Notes: generated from the letters alone by a model not told the origin. Positions 1 to 7,799 are shown, numbered from the stretch's first letter. The stretch is 24,000 nt of DNA from Dongiaceae bacterium (GCA_036263455.1 DATAGZ010000010.1:1-24000); one strand, 5' to 3'. Made by a program: numbers and translations.

Positions 1-1
1 G

Positions 2-1114
2 GCGCGCTATATGATCGAGATCGCGCCGGAAGCGCTCGCCGATATCGAGGCCAAGGACAAGCCCGGCTTCACGCGCTTCATTCGCCGCGAGCCGCTCGGC
101 GTCGTGTTCATCGTCGCCCCATGGAATTATCCGTATCTCACGTCGGTGAATGGCGTGGTGCCGGCGCTCATGGCGGGGAATGCCGTCATCCTCAAACATT
201 CGGCGCAGACGCCACTCTGCGCCGAGGGTTTCCTCAAGGCGTTCCAGGAGGCCGGCTTTCCCGAGGGGCTGTTCCAAATCCTCGTCCTCACGCACGAGGA
301 TACGGCCAAGGTGATCGCCGCCCCCGAAGTCGCGTATGTGAATTTTACCGGCTCGGTCGCGGGCGGCCATGCGGTGCAGCAGGCGGCGCTCGGCAAGTTC
401 ATGGGGCTCGGGCTCGAACTGGGCGGCAAGGATCCCGCTTATGTACGGGCGGACGCGACCCTCGATCACGCCATCGAAAACTTGGTCGATGGCGCCTTCT
501 TCAATTCGGGCCAGTGCTGCTGCGCCATCGAACGCATCTATGTCCACGAGAACCTCTATGACAAGTTCGTAGATGGCTTCACCGCGATGACCCGCCAGTA
601 CCGGCTCGGCAATCCGCTCGATGCCGGTACCACGCTCGGGCCGATGGTGCGCGTCTCGGCCGCCGACTTCGTGCGCGGCCAGATCGAGGAAGCGGTGCGC
701 AAGGGTGCCAAGGCGCTGGTCGATCCCAAGGCGTTTCCGGCCGACAAGAAGGGGACGGCCTATGTCGCGCCGCAGATCCTCGTCAATGTCGATCATTCCA
801 TGTCGGTGATGAGCGAAGAGAGCTTCGGCCCGGTCATCGGCATCATGAAGGTCAAGGATGACGAGGAGGCGATCCGCCTTATGAACGATAGCAAATACGG
901 CCTGACCTGCGCGCTCTGGACCAATGACGAGAAGGCCGCGATCGGTATCGGCGAGAAGCTCGAAACCGGCACGGTCTATATGAACCGCTGCGACTATCTC
1001 GACCCCGCGCTCGCCTGGGTGGGCGTGAAGGATTCCGGCCGCGGCGCGACCCTGAGCCGCGTGGGCTACGAAATGCTCACCCGCCCGAAGAGCTTTCACC
1101 TGAGGAGGATATAG
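2..1114 (+). CDS. Aldehyde dehydrogenase family protein (5'-truncated by the window edge)
   Basis: The reading frame is open to the window edge (ARY precedes the first Met), so the true start is off-window, probably about 100 codons upstream. ALDH motifs are present: VAPWNYP, ELGGKDP (catalytic Glu region), FFNSGQCCCAIERIYV (catalytic Cys) and EESFGPV. Stop TAG at 1112-1114. Confidence 0.9.
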   Translation, partial: ARYMIEIAPEALADIEAKDKPGFTRFIRREPLGVVFIVAPWNYPYLTSVNGVVPALMAGNAVILKHSAQTPLCAEGFLKAFQEAGFPEGLFQILVLTHEDTAKVIAAPEVAYVNFTGSVAGGHAVQQAALGKFMGLGLELGGKDPAYVRADATLDHAIENLVDGAFFNSGQCCCAIERIYVHENLYDKFVDGFTAMTRQYRLGNPLDAGTTLGPMVRVSAADFVRGQIEEAVRKGAKALVDPKAFPADKKGTAYVAPQILVNVDHSMSVMSEESFGPVIGIMKVKDDEEAIRLMNDSKYGLTCALWTNDEKAAIGIGEKLETGTVYMNRCDYLDPALAWVGVKDSGRGATLSRVGYEMLTRPKSFHLRRI

Positions 1115-1209
1115 GAAGGGCTTAGCCCGCGTTCGTCGGGCGCTTATTCGCAGACTCCTTTTATAAGAAAGTGCGCTACGCGCGAGCCGACCTTATCCTT
1201 CTGCGAAAG

Positions 1210-1232
1210 ATGCCCGGCTCGAGGCCGGGCAT
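1210..1232. terminator. Perfect GC-rich hairpin between convergent genes (bidirectional terminator or REP-like element)
   Basis: ATGCCCGGC-tcgag-GCCGGGCAT forms a 9-bp perfect stem with a 5-nt loop. It lies between the ALDH stop (1114) and the stop of the minus-strand 154-aa gene (1306). There is no clean U-tract on either strand (minus strand gives CTTTCGC, plus strand gives GACGTATT), so the terminator function is uncertain. Confidence 0.35.
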
Positions 1233-1305
1233 GACGTATTAGAGGACGCAGGACGGCAAAAAGGGCCGGGGCATCCGTCCGAGGGGAGGGCCGAGGGGGC
1301 CGGCG

Positions 1306-1770
1306 CTACTTCCGGGCGCGCTTGCGCTTGACGCTGCCCAATTTCCGACGGGCCTTTTTCTCCTGCTTTCGCACATAGTGGCGCAGCGGCCAGGTATAGA
1401 GGCGGTATTCCGGGTGGGCGTCGATGAAGGGCAGGGTGAGGGCGCCCACGGCCTCCATATATTTGCCGCGATCCAGCCGGATTAGCGCCCGGACGATGGC
1501 GATTAGATATTCCTCGGGGATTTTCTGCGCCGCCTTCCGGAGGCCTTGCCCCAGATCCGCAAGCGTATCCGCTCCCCAGCGATTTTTCCGGCCGAAAACA
1601 TCACGCAGCCACGGCAGGGCCTCTTTGGTCACCTGGGTCTTGATCGAGCGGCGCATCTCGCGCGCGCTGCGGCGTGCCTTGCGCAGCGAGCGGCGCGCCA
1701 GGCGATCGGCTTCCTCGAGCGATCGGTCCGCGACGCGGCGCACGCTTTTGAGTTTTTTATTCACGGCCAT
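1306..1770 (-). CDS. Hypothetical protein, 154 aa, extremely basic (no family recognised)
   Basis: ATG at 1770 is preceded on the minus strand by AGGAG (complement of 1778-1782), 7 nt upstream. Third-position GC resembles the neighbouring genes. By my count it has about 44 K/R against about 16 D/E. Both termini are R/K-rich (N-term ...RRSLRKARRSAREMRRSIK, C-term ...RKQEKKARRKLGSVKRKRARK), with a less charged core (IPEEYLIAIVRALIRLDRGKYMEAVGALTLPFIDAHPEY). Confidence 0.6.
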   Translation of the reverse strand: MAVNKKLKSVRRVADRSLEEADRLARRSLRKARRSAREMRRSIKTQVTKEALPWLRDVFGRKNRWGADTLADLGQGLRKAAQKIPEEYLIAIVRALIRLDRGKYMEAVGALTLPFIDAHPEYRLYTWPLRHYVRKQEKKARRKLGSVKRKRARK

Positions 1771-1789
1771 TTCTACTCTCCTCTATGAT
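1760..1789 (+). promoter_or_regulatory. Candidate sigma70-type promoter that would give a leaderless or near-leaderless mRNA for the 1798 gene
   Basis: TTCACG (1760-1765), an 18-nt spacer, then TATGAT (1784-1789). A T-rich tract (1753-1760) lies just upstream. The -10 element ends 8 nt before the ATG at 1798, and there is no Shine-Dalgarno in 1771-1797 (CT-rich). Confidence 0.25.
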
Positions 1790-1797
1790 CCTCGCTC

Positions 1798-4104
1798 ATG
1801 GCGGAACGGCATCGGGTCATCATCATCGGCGGCGGCGTTGTTGGGCTTGCGATCTTCCGTGCGCTTGCCCTCCATGAGTGGAAACCGTTGCTGTTGGAAA
1901 AAGGTTCCGACCTGCTGTCCGGGGCCAGCAAGGCCAACAGCGCGCTGCTACATACCGGCTTCGATGCGCCGGCAGGCTCGCGGGAGCTTTCCTGCATCCG
2001 GGCCGGACGTCAGGAATTCCTGGAGATCCGCGCCGCGCTTGGCCTGCCGCTGCTTTCCACCGGTGCGCTGGTCATCGCGTGGAACGCGGCCGAGGAGGGA
2101 CGGCTCGAGGCGTTGGCGGTCCATGGCCGTGAAAATGGCGTCAACGATCTCGAATTGCTGGACCGTGCCGCGCTGCGGGCACGCGAGCCGCATCTCGCTG
2201 AGGAAGCACAGGCGGCGCTGCTGGTTCCCGGCGAGGCGGTGATCGATCCCTGGTCGACCCCCCTGGCCTATGCGCGCCAGGGTATGGCGCTGGGCGGGCA
2301 CATCCTCCGCGACACCGAGGTTCAAGGTGGAGAAAGGGGGCCTTGCTGGCGGCTTCACACCAATCGCGGCCCATATGAGGCGGATTGGGTCATCAATGCG
2401 GCGGGCCTCTATGGCGATATCGTGGAAGCCATCGCCCGCGAGGCGCCGTTCCGTATTCATCCGCGCAAGGGACAATTCGTGGTTTTCGACAAGCCCGCCG
2501 CGCGGCTTCTAACGCATATCGCCTTGCCCGTGCCGGGCGAAAAGACCAAGGGCGTGGTCGTCGCTCCCACAATCTTCGGCAACCTGCTGGTCGGCCCGAC
2601 CGCCGAAGAACAGGAATCGCGCAGCGATACCGCTACCGACGGGGCGGTCCTCGCCAGATTGATCGCGCGCGGGCGCCAGATCTTGCCCGCCCTCGCACAA
2701 GAGGAGGTGACCGCGTCCTATGCGGGGCTGAGGCCGGCGACCCAGTTCAAGGATTACCAGATTGCCGTCGCCCACGACTTGCGTTGGGTGACAGTGGCCG
2801 GCATCCGCTCGACCGGTCTCACCGGCGCGCTTGGGATCGCTCGTTCCGTCACCGAGGAAATGGGGCTGGGGCCGCCGCGTGCCCAATCCGGCCCGACACC
2901 CGCCATGCCTTCGCTGAGTGCATATGAGACGCGGCCCTATCTGGGCAAGGAAGGCTGCGACATTGCCTGCCATTGCGAGCAGGTGACGGTTGCCGAGATC
3001 GATGCGGCCTTGTCCTCGCCGCCGGCGGCTACTGACCTCGACGGCATCAAGCGGCGCACGCGGGCGATGATGGGAAGGTGCCAGGGCTTCTATTGCGCGG
3101 CCCGCATTCGTGACCGTTTGGAGGAGGGCAGGTGGCGACCCGTCGTGAATGTCAAAGACCAGGCTATAGATATTGCGGCGACCGATATCCTGATCGTCGG
3201 CGCGGGGCCGGCGGGCCTGTCCGCCGCGGCCGAGCTCAGTCGGCTGGGTTTGGGCGCGTCGGTGACGATTCTCGAACGCGAGCAGGAAGCCGGGGGCATT
3301 CCCCGCCATTGCGGACATAAGACGTTCGGCCTCCGCGAATTTGGGCGTCTATATTCGGGGCCGACCTATGCACAAAGGCTCGCCGAGACCATTGGATCGG
3401 CGCAATTGCGCCTGGGCACGAGTGTGGTGGAAATCGCCCCTGGCGGCCGGGTGCGCGTCACCGATGGAGAGGGCGCGCGTTGGATAGACGCACGCCGCGT
3501 GCTGCTCGCCACCGGCATGCGCGAGACGCCGCGGCCGCCGCGCCTGATTTCTGGCATTCGCTCGGCTTCGATCATGAATACCGCGACCCTCCAGCAGTAT
3601 GTCTATCTCTATGGACGCGCGCCGTTCCGCCATCCTGTTATCCTGGGCGGAGAGCTGGTCGCCTTCTCCGCGATCCTGACCTTGCGTCATGTCGGGGTGC
3701 GGCCGCGCGCCTTGATCGCCCCCGAAGCCGTTTCGCCGCTTCTCTTTCCCGCGTCTCTGCTGTGCGGGCCGATCTTTGACGTGCCGGTCCTCCGCCATGC
3801 GTGCCTCCTCGGCATTCTTGGCGAAGGTACTGTCGAAGCCGTCGCGGTCGGTCGTGGGGCGGGGCGGGAAATTCTCGCCTGCGACGGTGTCATTCTCGCG
3901 GGCCTGTTCCGGCCGGAAAATGCCCTCATCAAAGGTGGCTCGTTGGCCATGAGCTGCGAGGGCGGGCCGCGCGTATCGGCGTGGCGCTGCTCCGACCCGG
4001 CCTATTTCGCCGCCGGCAACGGTCTGGGGATTCTGCGCACCACCGGAACCTGCTGGCGCCAAGGCCGTGCGGCGGCGCGCGCCATCGCGGCGAGCCTCGC
4101 ATGA
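1798..4104 (+). CDS. Fused FAD-dependent dehydrogenase (GlpA-like, COG0579-type) / BFD-like [2Fe-2S] domain / NAD(P)/FAD-dependent (NOX-like) oxidoreductase, 768 aa
   Basis: N-terminal Rossmann fold RVIIIGGGVVGLAI plus GASKANSALLHTGFDAPAGS. Four-Cys BFD-like pattern CDIACHCEQVTVAEI...RAMMGRCQGFYC (about aa 387-433, nt 2956-3096). Second Rossmann fold DILIVGAGPAGLSAAAE...EREQEAGGIPRHCGHKTFGL starts at about aa 462 (nt about 3181). The C-terminus reads AAGNGLG...GRAAARAIA. It is one uninterrupted frame, and its stop TGA (4102-4104) overlaps the next ATG. Confidence 0.85.
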   Translation: MAERHRVIIIGGGVVGLAIFRALALHEWKPLLLEKGSDLLSGASKANSALLHTGFDAPAGSRELSCIRAGRQEFLEIRAALGLPLLSTGALVIAWNAAEEGRLEALAVHGRENGVNDLELLDRAALRAREPHLAEEAQAALLVPGEAVIDPWSTPLAYARQGMALGGHILRDTEVQGGERGPCWRLHTNRGPYEADWVINAAGLYGDIVEAIAREAPFRIHPRKGQFVVFDKPAARLLTHIALPVPGEKTKGVVVAPTIFGNLLVGPTAEEQESRSDTATDGAVLARLIARGRQILPALAQEEVTASYAGLRPATQFKDYQIAVAHDLRWVTVAGIRSTGLTGALGIARSVTEEMGLGPPRAQSGPTPAMPSLSAYETRPYLGKEGCDIACHCEQVTVAEIDAALSSPPAATDLDGIKRRTRAMMGRCQGFYCAARIRDRLEEGRWRPVVNVKDQAIDIAATDILIVGAGPAGLSAAAELSRLGLGASVTILEREQEAGGIPRHCGHKTFGLREFGRLYSGPTYAQRLAETIGSAQLRLGTSVVEIAPGGRVRVTDGEGARWIDARRVLLATGMRETPRPPRLISGIRSASIMNTATLQQYVYLYGRAPFRHPVILGGELVAFSAILTLRHVGVRPRALIAPEAVSPLLFPASLLCGPIFDVPVLRHACLLGILGEGTVEAVAVGRGAGREILACDGVILAGLFRPENALIKGGSLAMSCEGGPRVSAWRCSDPAYFAAGNGLGILRTTGTCWRQGRAAARAIAASLA

Positions 4105-5522
4105 AATCCTACGGGATCGACCAGGGGACGACCAGCACCAAGCTTCATGAGTTGGAGGAGGACGGGAAGTTTCGCGCGCGCGCGCATTTCACGCACGCCC
4201 AATTCTATCCGCAGCCGCAATGGGTCGAACACGATCCGCTGGAATTGCTTGGCCATGTCCGCGACGCCATCGCCGCGACAGAGGAGAATAGCGTCATCGG
4301 CCTCGCTAATCAGGGCGAGACCGTCATGGCATGGGACAGGGATACCAAGCGGCCGATCTGTCGCGCGATCGTGTGGCAGGATGCGCGAACCGAAGAGGGG
4401 ATCGCGCGGCTGAAGGCGGAGGGAGCTGAGGCGATCACGCTCGCCCGCGCGGGGCTGCCGCTCGATTCCTATTTCTCGGCGAGCAAGTTCCGCTGGATTC
4501 TCGATCATGTCGAGGAGGCATGCACGCTGCGCCGGGAAGGACGGCTGCGCCTGGGAACCAGCGACGCATTTTTTCTGGATTCGCTCGCCGGTATCTTTCG
4601 CACCGATCCCAGCACGGCGTCGCGCACGTCGCTGCTCAATCTGCGGACGCAGGAATGGGATGAAGAATTACTCACCCTCTTCGGCGTTCCGCGCGAATGC
4701 CTGCCCGACATTGGGTCCAGCGCGGGGACGCTTGCGGAATTCGCCCAGGGCAGGCGGCTCACGGCATCGCTCGTCGATCAGCAGGCGGCGCTCTTCGGCC
4801 ATGGCTGCCAGCGGCCGGGGCAAGCCAAGATCACCTTCGGCACTGGCGCCTTCGCCCTGGCCGTGATGGGCACCGTGCCGCCCGAGAACGGCCCGCGCGG
4901 CCTGCTGCCGACCATCGCCTGGCGGATCGAGGGCGAAGAGACGGTCTATGCCGTCGATGGTGGCGTCTACAATGCCGGCTCGGCCGTCGATTGGGCTCAG
5001 CAGCTGGGTCTTTTCGGGGATCATGCCGAGATTGCCCGTTTCGATGGCGAGAGCGCACTTGCGCGCGGTCTGGTGTTCGTCCCGGCGCTGTCGGGTCTGG
5101 CTTGTCCCTATTGGGACCGGTCGGCCGCCGGCATGTGGCTCGGCATGGGGCTCGATACCAGCCGCCGCGATCTCATGCAGGCGCTGCTCGAAGGGATTGC
5201 CCTGCGCAGCGCCCAGCTTATCGCCGCCATCGAAACAATCGTGCCCATCGAAGGCGCCGTTTCCCTGGATGGGGGGCTCGCGGACAACCCATATTTTTTG
5301 GATTTCCTGGCGCGCGCGCTCGACCGGCCGCTGGTGATTCCTGCGACCGTCGATCTTACCGCTTTCGGCGCAGCGGCACTCGCGCGCCGCGGTGCCGGAC
5401 AGCCTTCTCCACCGTCGCCCCCACCGTTGCGGCGCCTGGATCGGCTCCCGCACGCGCTCAGCCCCGGTTATCACCACATTTTCCTCGACGCAGTCGCCCG
5501 GGCTCGCGGCTGGCGCACATAG
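4101..5522 (+). CDS. glpK: Glycerol kinase (FGGY carbohydrate kinase family), 473 aa
   Basis: The start is taken at the internal Met (MKSYGIDQGTTSTK), where similarity to GlpK begins. The 100 upstream codons of the tracked ORF overlap the previous gene and are R-rich junk. GlpK-like blocks: WVEHDP, NQGET, AIVWQDARTEE, YFSASKFRWILDHV, DQQAALFGHGC, KITFGTGAF, VPALSGLACPYWD, LDGGLADNPYF. There is an ATGA overlap with the upstream gene. Confidence 0.8.
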   Translation: MKSYGIDQGTTSTKLHELEEDGKFRARAHFTHAQFYPQPQWVEHDPLELLGHVRDAIAATEENSVIGLANQGETVMAWDRDTKRPICRAIVWQDARTEEGIARLKAEGAEAITLARAGLPLDSYFSASKFRWILDHVEEACTLRREGRLRLGTSDAFFLDSLAGIFRTDPSTASRTSLLNLRTQEWDEELLTLFGVPRECLPDIGSSAGTLAEFAQGRRLTASLVDQQAALFGHGCQRPGQAKITFGTGAFALAVMGTVPPENGPRGLLPTIAWRIEGEETVYAVDGGVYNAGSAVDWAQQLGLFGDHAEIARFDGESALARGLVFVPALSGLACPYWDRSAAGMWLGMGLDTSRRDLMQALLEGIALRSAQLIAAIETIVPIEGAVSLDGGLADNPYFLDFLARALDRPLVIPATVDLTAFGAAALARRGAGQPSPPSPPPLRRLDRLPHALSPGYHHIFLDAVARARGWRT

Positions 5523-5579
5523 GCATTTTGGGCTTTCTCCGTTCCGTCCCGCCCTATAGAATGCGCCGCAGGAGAAACC

Positions 5580-6758
5580 ATGCAGGACCGTCATCTGCCC
5601 AAAGGCAACTGGAACTACCCCACCGCCATGAAGTTCGGCTGCGGCCGTATTGCGGAACTACCCGACCATTGCAAGTCGCTAGGCATGAAGCGCCCCCTGA
5701 TCGTCACCGATCCGGGACTGGCGAATCTGCCGATGATCAAGGACAGCGTCGCGCGGAACGAGGCGGCCGGCCTGCCGACCGGGCTGTTCAGCGATGTCCA
5801 GGGCAATCCGGTCGGCCGGAACGTCGAGGAAGGCGTGCGCGCCTACCGCGAAGGTGGCCATGACGGCGTGATCGCTTTCGGCGGCGGCTCGGCCCTGGAT
5901 GCGGCCAAAGCCATCGCGCTCATGGTCGGCCAGACCCGGCCGCTGTGGGATTTCGAGGATGTCGACGATTGGTATCTGCGCGTCAATGTCGCGGGCATGG
6001 CTCCGGTCATCGCCGTGCCCACCACGTCGGGCACGGGCTCCGAAGTGGGGCGCGCCTCCGTCATCACCGACGAAGCCACGCATGTGAAAAAGATCATCTT
6101 CCACCCGCGCATGCTGCCCGCGATCGTCATCGCCGATCCGGAATTGACGGTCGGATTGCCAGCGCACATTACGGCCGCCACCGGCATGGATGCGCTCTCC
6201 CATTGTCTCGAAGCCTATTGTGCCAACGGCTACCATCCTCTGGCTGACGGCATCGCCATCGAGGGCATGCGGCTCATCAAGGATTACCTGCCGATGGCGG
6301 TCAGGGACGGCAAAAATCTGCTCGCGCGCTCCCAAATGATGGCGGCGGCCAGCATGGGCGCCACGGCCTTTCAGAAGGGCCTGGGGGGCATGCACGCCAT
6401 CGCCCACCCGCTGGGCGCGCTCTATAATACCCACCATGGCCTGACGAATGCCGTAATCATGCCCTATGTGCTGGATTTCAACCGCGAGGCGATCGAGGAG
6501 CGCATGACGCGCCTCGCCCGCTATCTCGATCTGCCCCGGCCGGGCTTCGCCGCGGTGATGGAATGGGTTTTGGCGCTCCGCCAGGAAATCGCCATTCCCC
6601 ATACGCTGCGCGAGATCGGCGTCGACGACAAGCAGGTCGATCGGGTTGCGGAGATGGCGGCGATCGATCCGTCGGCGGGCGGCAATCCCATCAAGGTTGG
6701 CGCGCCTGAATTGCGACGGGTTTTCGTGGCCGGTCTCGAAGGGAAATTGGCGGCCTAG
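5580..6758 (+). CDS. Iron-containing (group III) alcohol dehydrogenase
   Basis: AGGAGA lies 5 nt upstream of the ATG. Fe-ADH motifs: GGGSALDAAKAIA, VPTTSGTGSEV, ATGMDALSHCLEAY, GGMHAIAHPLG and HHGLTNAV. It starts 57 nt after glpK with no intervening hairpin, so it is probably co-transcribed. Confidence 0.9.
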   Translation: MQDRHLPKGNWNYPTAMKFGCGRIAELPDHCKSLGMKRPLIVTDPGLANLPMIKDSVARNEAAGLPTGLFSDVQGNPVGRNVEEGVRAYREGGHDGVIAFGGGSALDAAKAIALMVGQTRPLWDFEDVDDWYLRVNVAGMAPVIAVPTTSGTGSEVGRASVITDEATHVKKIIFHPRMLPAIVIADPELTVGLPAHITAATGMDALSHCLEAYCANGYHPLADGIAIEGMRLIKDYLPMAVRDGKNLLARSQMMAAASMGATAFQKGLGGMHAIAHPLGALYNTHHGLTNAVIMPYVLDFNREAIEERMTRLARYLDLPRPGFAAVMEWVLALRQEIAIPHTLREIGVDDKQVDRVAEMAAIDPSAGGNPIKVGAPELRRVFVAGLEGKLAA

Positions 6759-7702
6759 GCGGTTCCCCCATCGCCATGTCCCCCTGCGGGGTCTTGCTCG
6801 CTCCCATTTTCTTTTAGAAATCTTGCCAGCTCCTGCTTGAGCCAGGCCAGGGTCGTGAGCACATCGGGCTCGACCCGTTTTTGGCGCACCAGGTAATAGG
6901 CCGCCGTGCTCGGCAAGACCACGTCCGTCACGCGCACCAACCGACCAGCCCTGAGATCATCGCCAGCCAGAAGGTTGTTGGAAAGACCGATGCCCAGCCC
7001 ATCCATGGCGGCTTGCAACATCAAGGCGTTTGTTCCGAAATTGAGCTGGATGTTGAGCGGCATGTCGCCGATGCCGGCGTGATCGAACCACGCGCGCCAG
7101 CTATCGGTCACTTCCCAAGTAATGTCGGGGTCGGCCAGTAACGGCAGATCAACGAGATCCCGTGGCGCGTTCAACGGACCATGTTCGTTGAGGAAGGCCG
7201 GAGAGCACACCGGAAAGAATACCGCCTGGTAGGCCCGCTCCGCATGGAGGTCATCCCATTTGCCATAGCCGTAGCGCACGGCGATATCGGCGCCACCCGG
7301 CTGGAGCTTCTCCACCTCCGGCGTTGCCGAGACGAAGATGCTGATGGTCGGGTGTGCCATGCGAAAGGCATTGAGCCGCGGCACCAGCCACTTGGCAGCG
7401 AAGGAAGGCAGAGTCGAGATGACCACCGGCCGCACGGGTTTCTCTTGGGTTCTTTCCACCGCCTCGGAGAGTTGGGCGAAGCCGGCCTTCACGTCGCGTG
7501 CGAGAATCGCTCCTTTTTCGGTCAACACCAGCTTACGGCCGGTGCGTCGGAAAAGCGGAGTCCCCAGCCATTCCTCCAATTCCCGAATTTGGTGAGATAT
7601 CGCGCCGTGCGTGACATGGAGTTCCTCGGCTGCCTGCACGAGACTGCCGCGCTGGGCGACAATTGCGAAGTAATACAAGGATTTAAGCGGGGGTAATTTC
7701 AT
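6755..7702 (-). CDS. LysR-family transcriptional regulator (GcvA-like N-terminus)
   Basis: N-terminal helix-turn-helix: MKLPPLKSLYYFAIVAQRGSLVQAAEELHVTHGAISHQIRELEEWLGTPLFRR. The C-terminal part looks like an LTTR substrate-binding domain. I prefer the start at 7702 (MKLPP) over 7723 (MICEKNS) because the N-terminus is typical and there is a weak GAGA upstream. The 3' end overlaps the convergent ADH stop by 4 nt. Confidence 0.9.
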   Translation of the reverse strand: MKLPPLKSLYYFAIVAQRGSLVQAAEELHVTHGAISHQIRELEEWLGTPLFRRTGRKLVLTEKGAILARDVKAGFAQLSEAVERTQEKPVRPVVISTLPSFAAKWLVPRLNAFRMAHPTISIFVSATPEVEKLQPGGADIAVRYGYGKWDDLHAERAYQAVFFPVCSPAFLNEHGPLNAPRDLVDLPLLADPDITWEVTDSWRAWFDHAGIGDMPLNIQLNFGTNALMLQAAMDGLGIGLSNNLLAGDDLRAGRLVRVTDVVLPSTAAYYLVRQKRVEPDVLTTLAWLKQELARFLKENGSEQDPAGGHGDGGTA

Positions 7703-7712
7703 TGAATTTTTC

Positions 7713-7727
7713 TCACATATCATGTGA
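7713..7727. promoter_or_regulatory. Perfect palindrome TCACAT-N3-ATGTGA in the LysR / DUF1127 divergent region (candidate operator)
   Basis: tcacatatcatgtga is a 6+6 perfect inverted repeat, 11 nt upstream of the preferred LysR start. It sits in the only AT-rich stretch of the window (7703-7799). That stretch also contains TATAAT (7752-7757) and an 8-nt palindrome TATGCATA (7767-7774) upstream of the DUF1127 gene. Confidence 0.35.
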
Positions 7728-7799
7728 AGAAAGGTCGATTGTCTACGCCAATATAATAGGAAATACTATGCATATTCAACTTTTTCGAGGAAGGCTGCT

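Noticed and set aside
1279-1302. Tandem imperfect 12-mer CCGAGGGGAGGG / CCGAGGGGGCCG just downstream of the 154-aa gene's stop, followed on the minus strand by CCCTTTTT
   Set aside because: I considered it as the intrinsic terminator of the minus-strand gene, but could not find a complementary arm to form a stem. Two short G-rich copies are within chance expectation for this composition.
3801-4100. N-terminal extensions of tracked ORFs (glpK from 3801, edd from 17027, glk from 19261, eda from 20072, hutF from 20878, cyaY from 8833, rpmE to 8882, LysR to 7723)
   Set aside because: In each case family similarity begins at an internal Met. The extension overlaps the preceding gene or promoter region and is R/P-rich nonsense. 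The internal Met sits at a classic ATGA or TGATG junction or near a ribosome-binding site.
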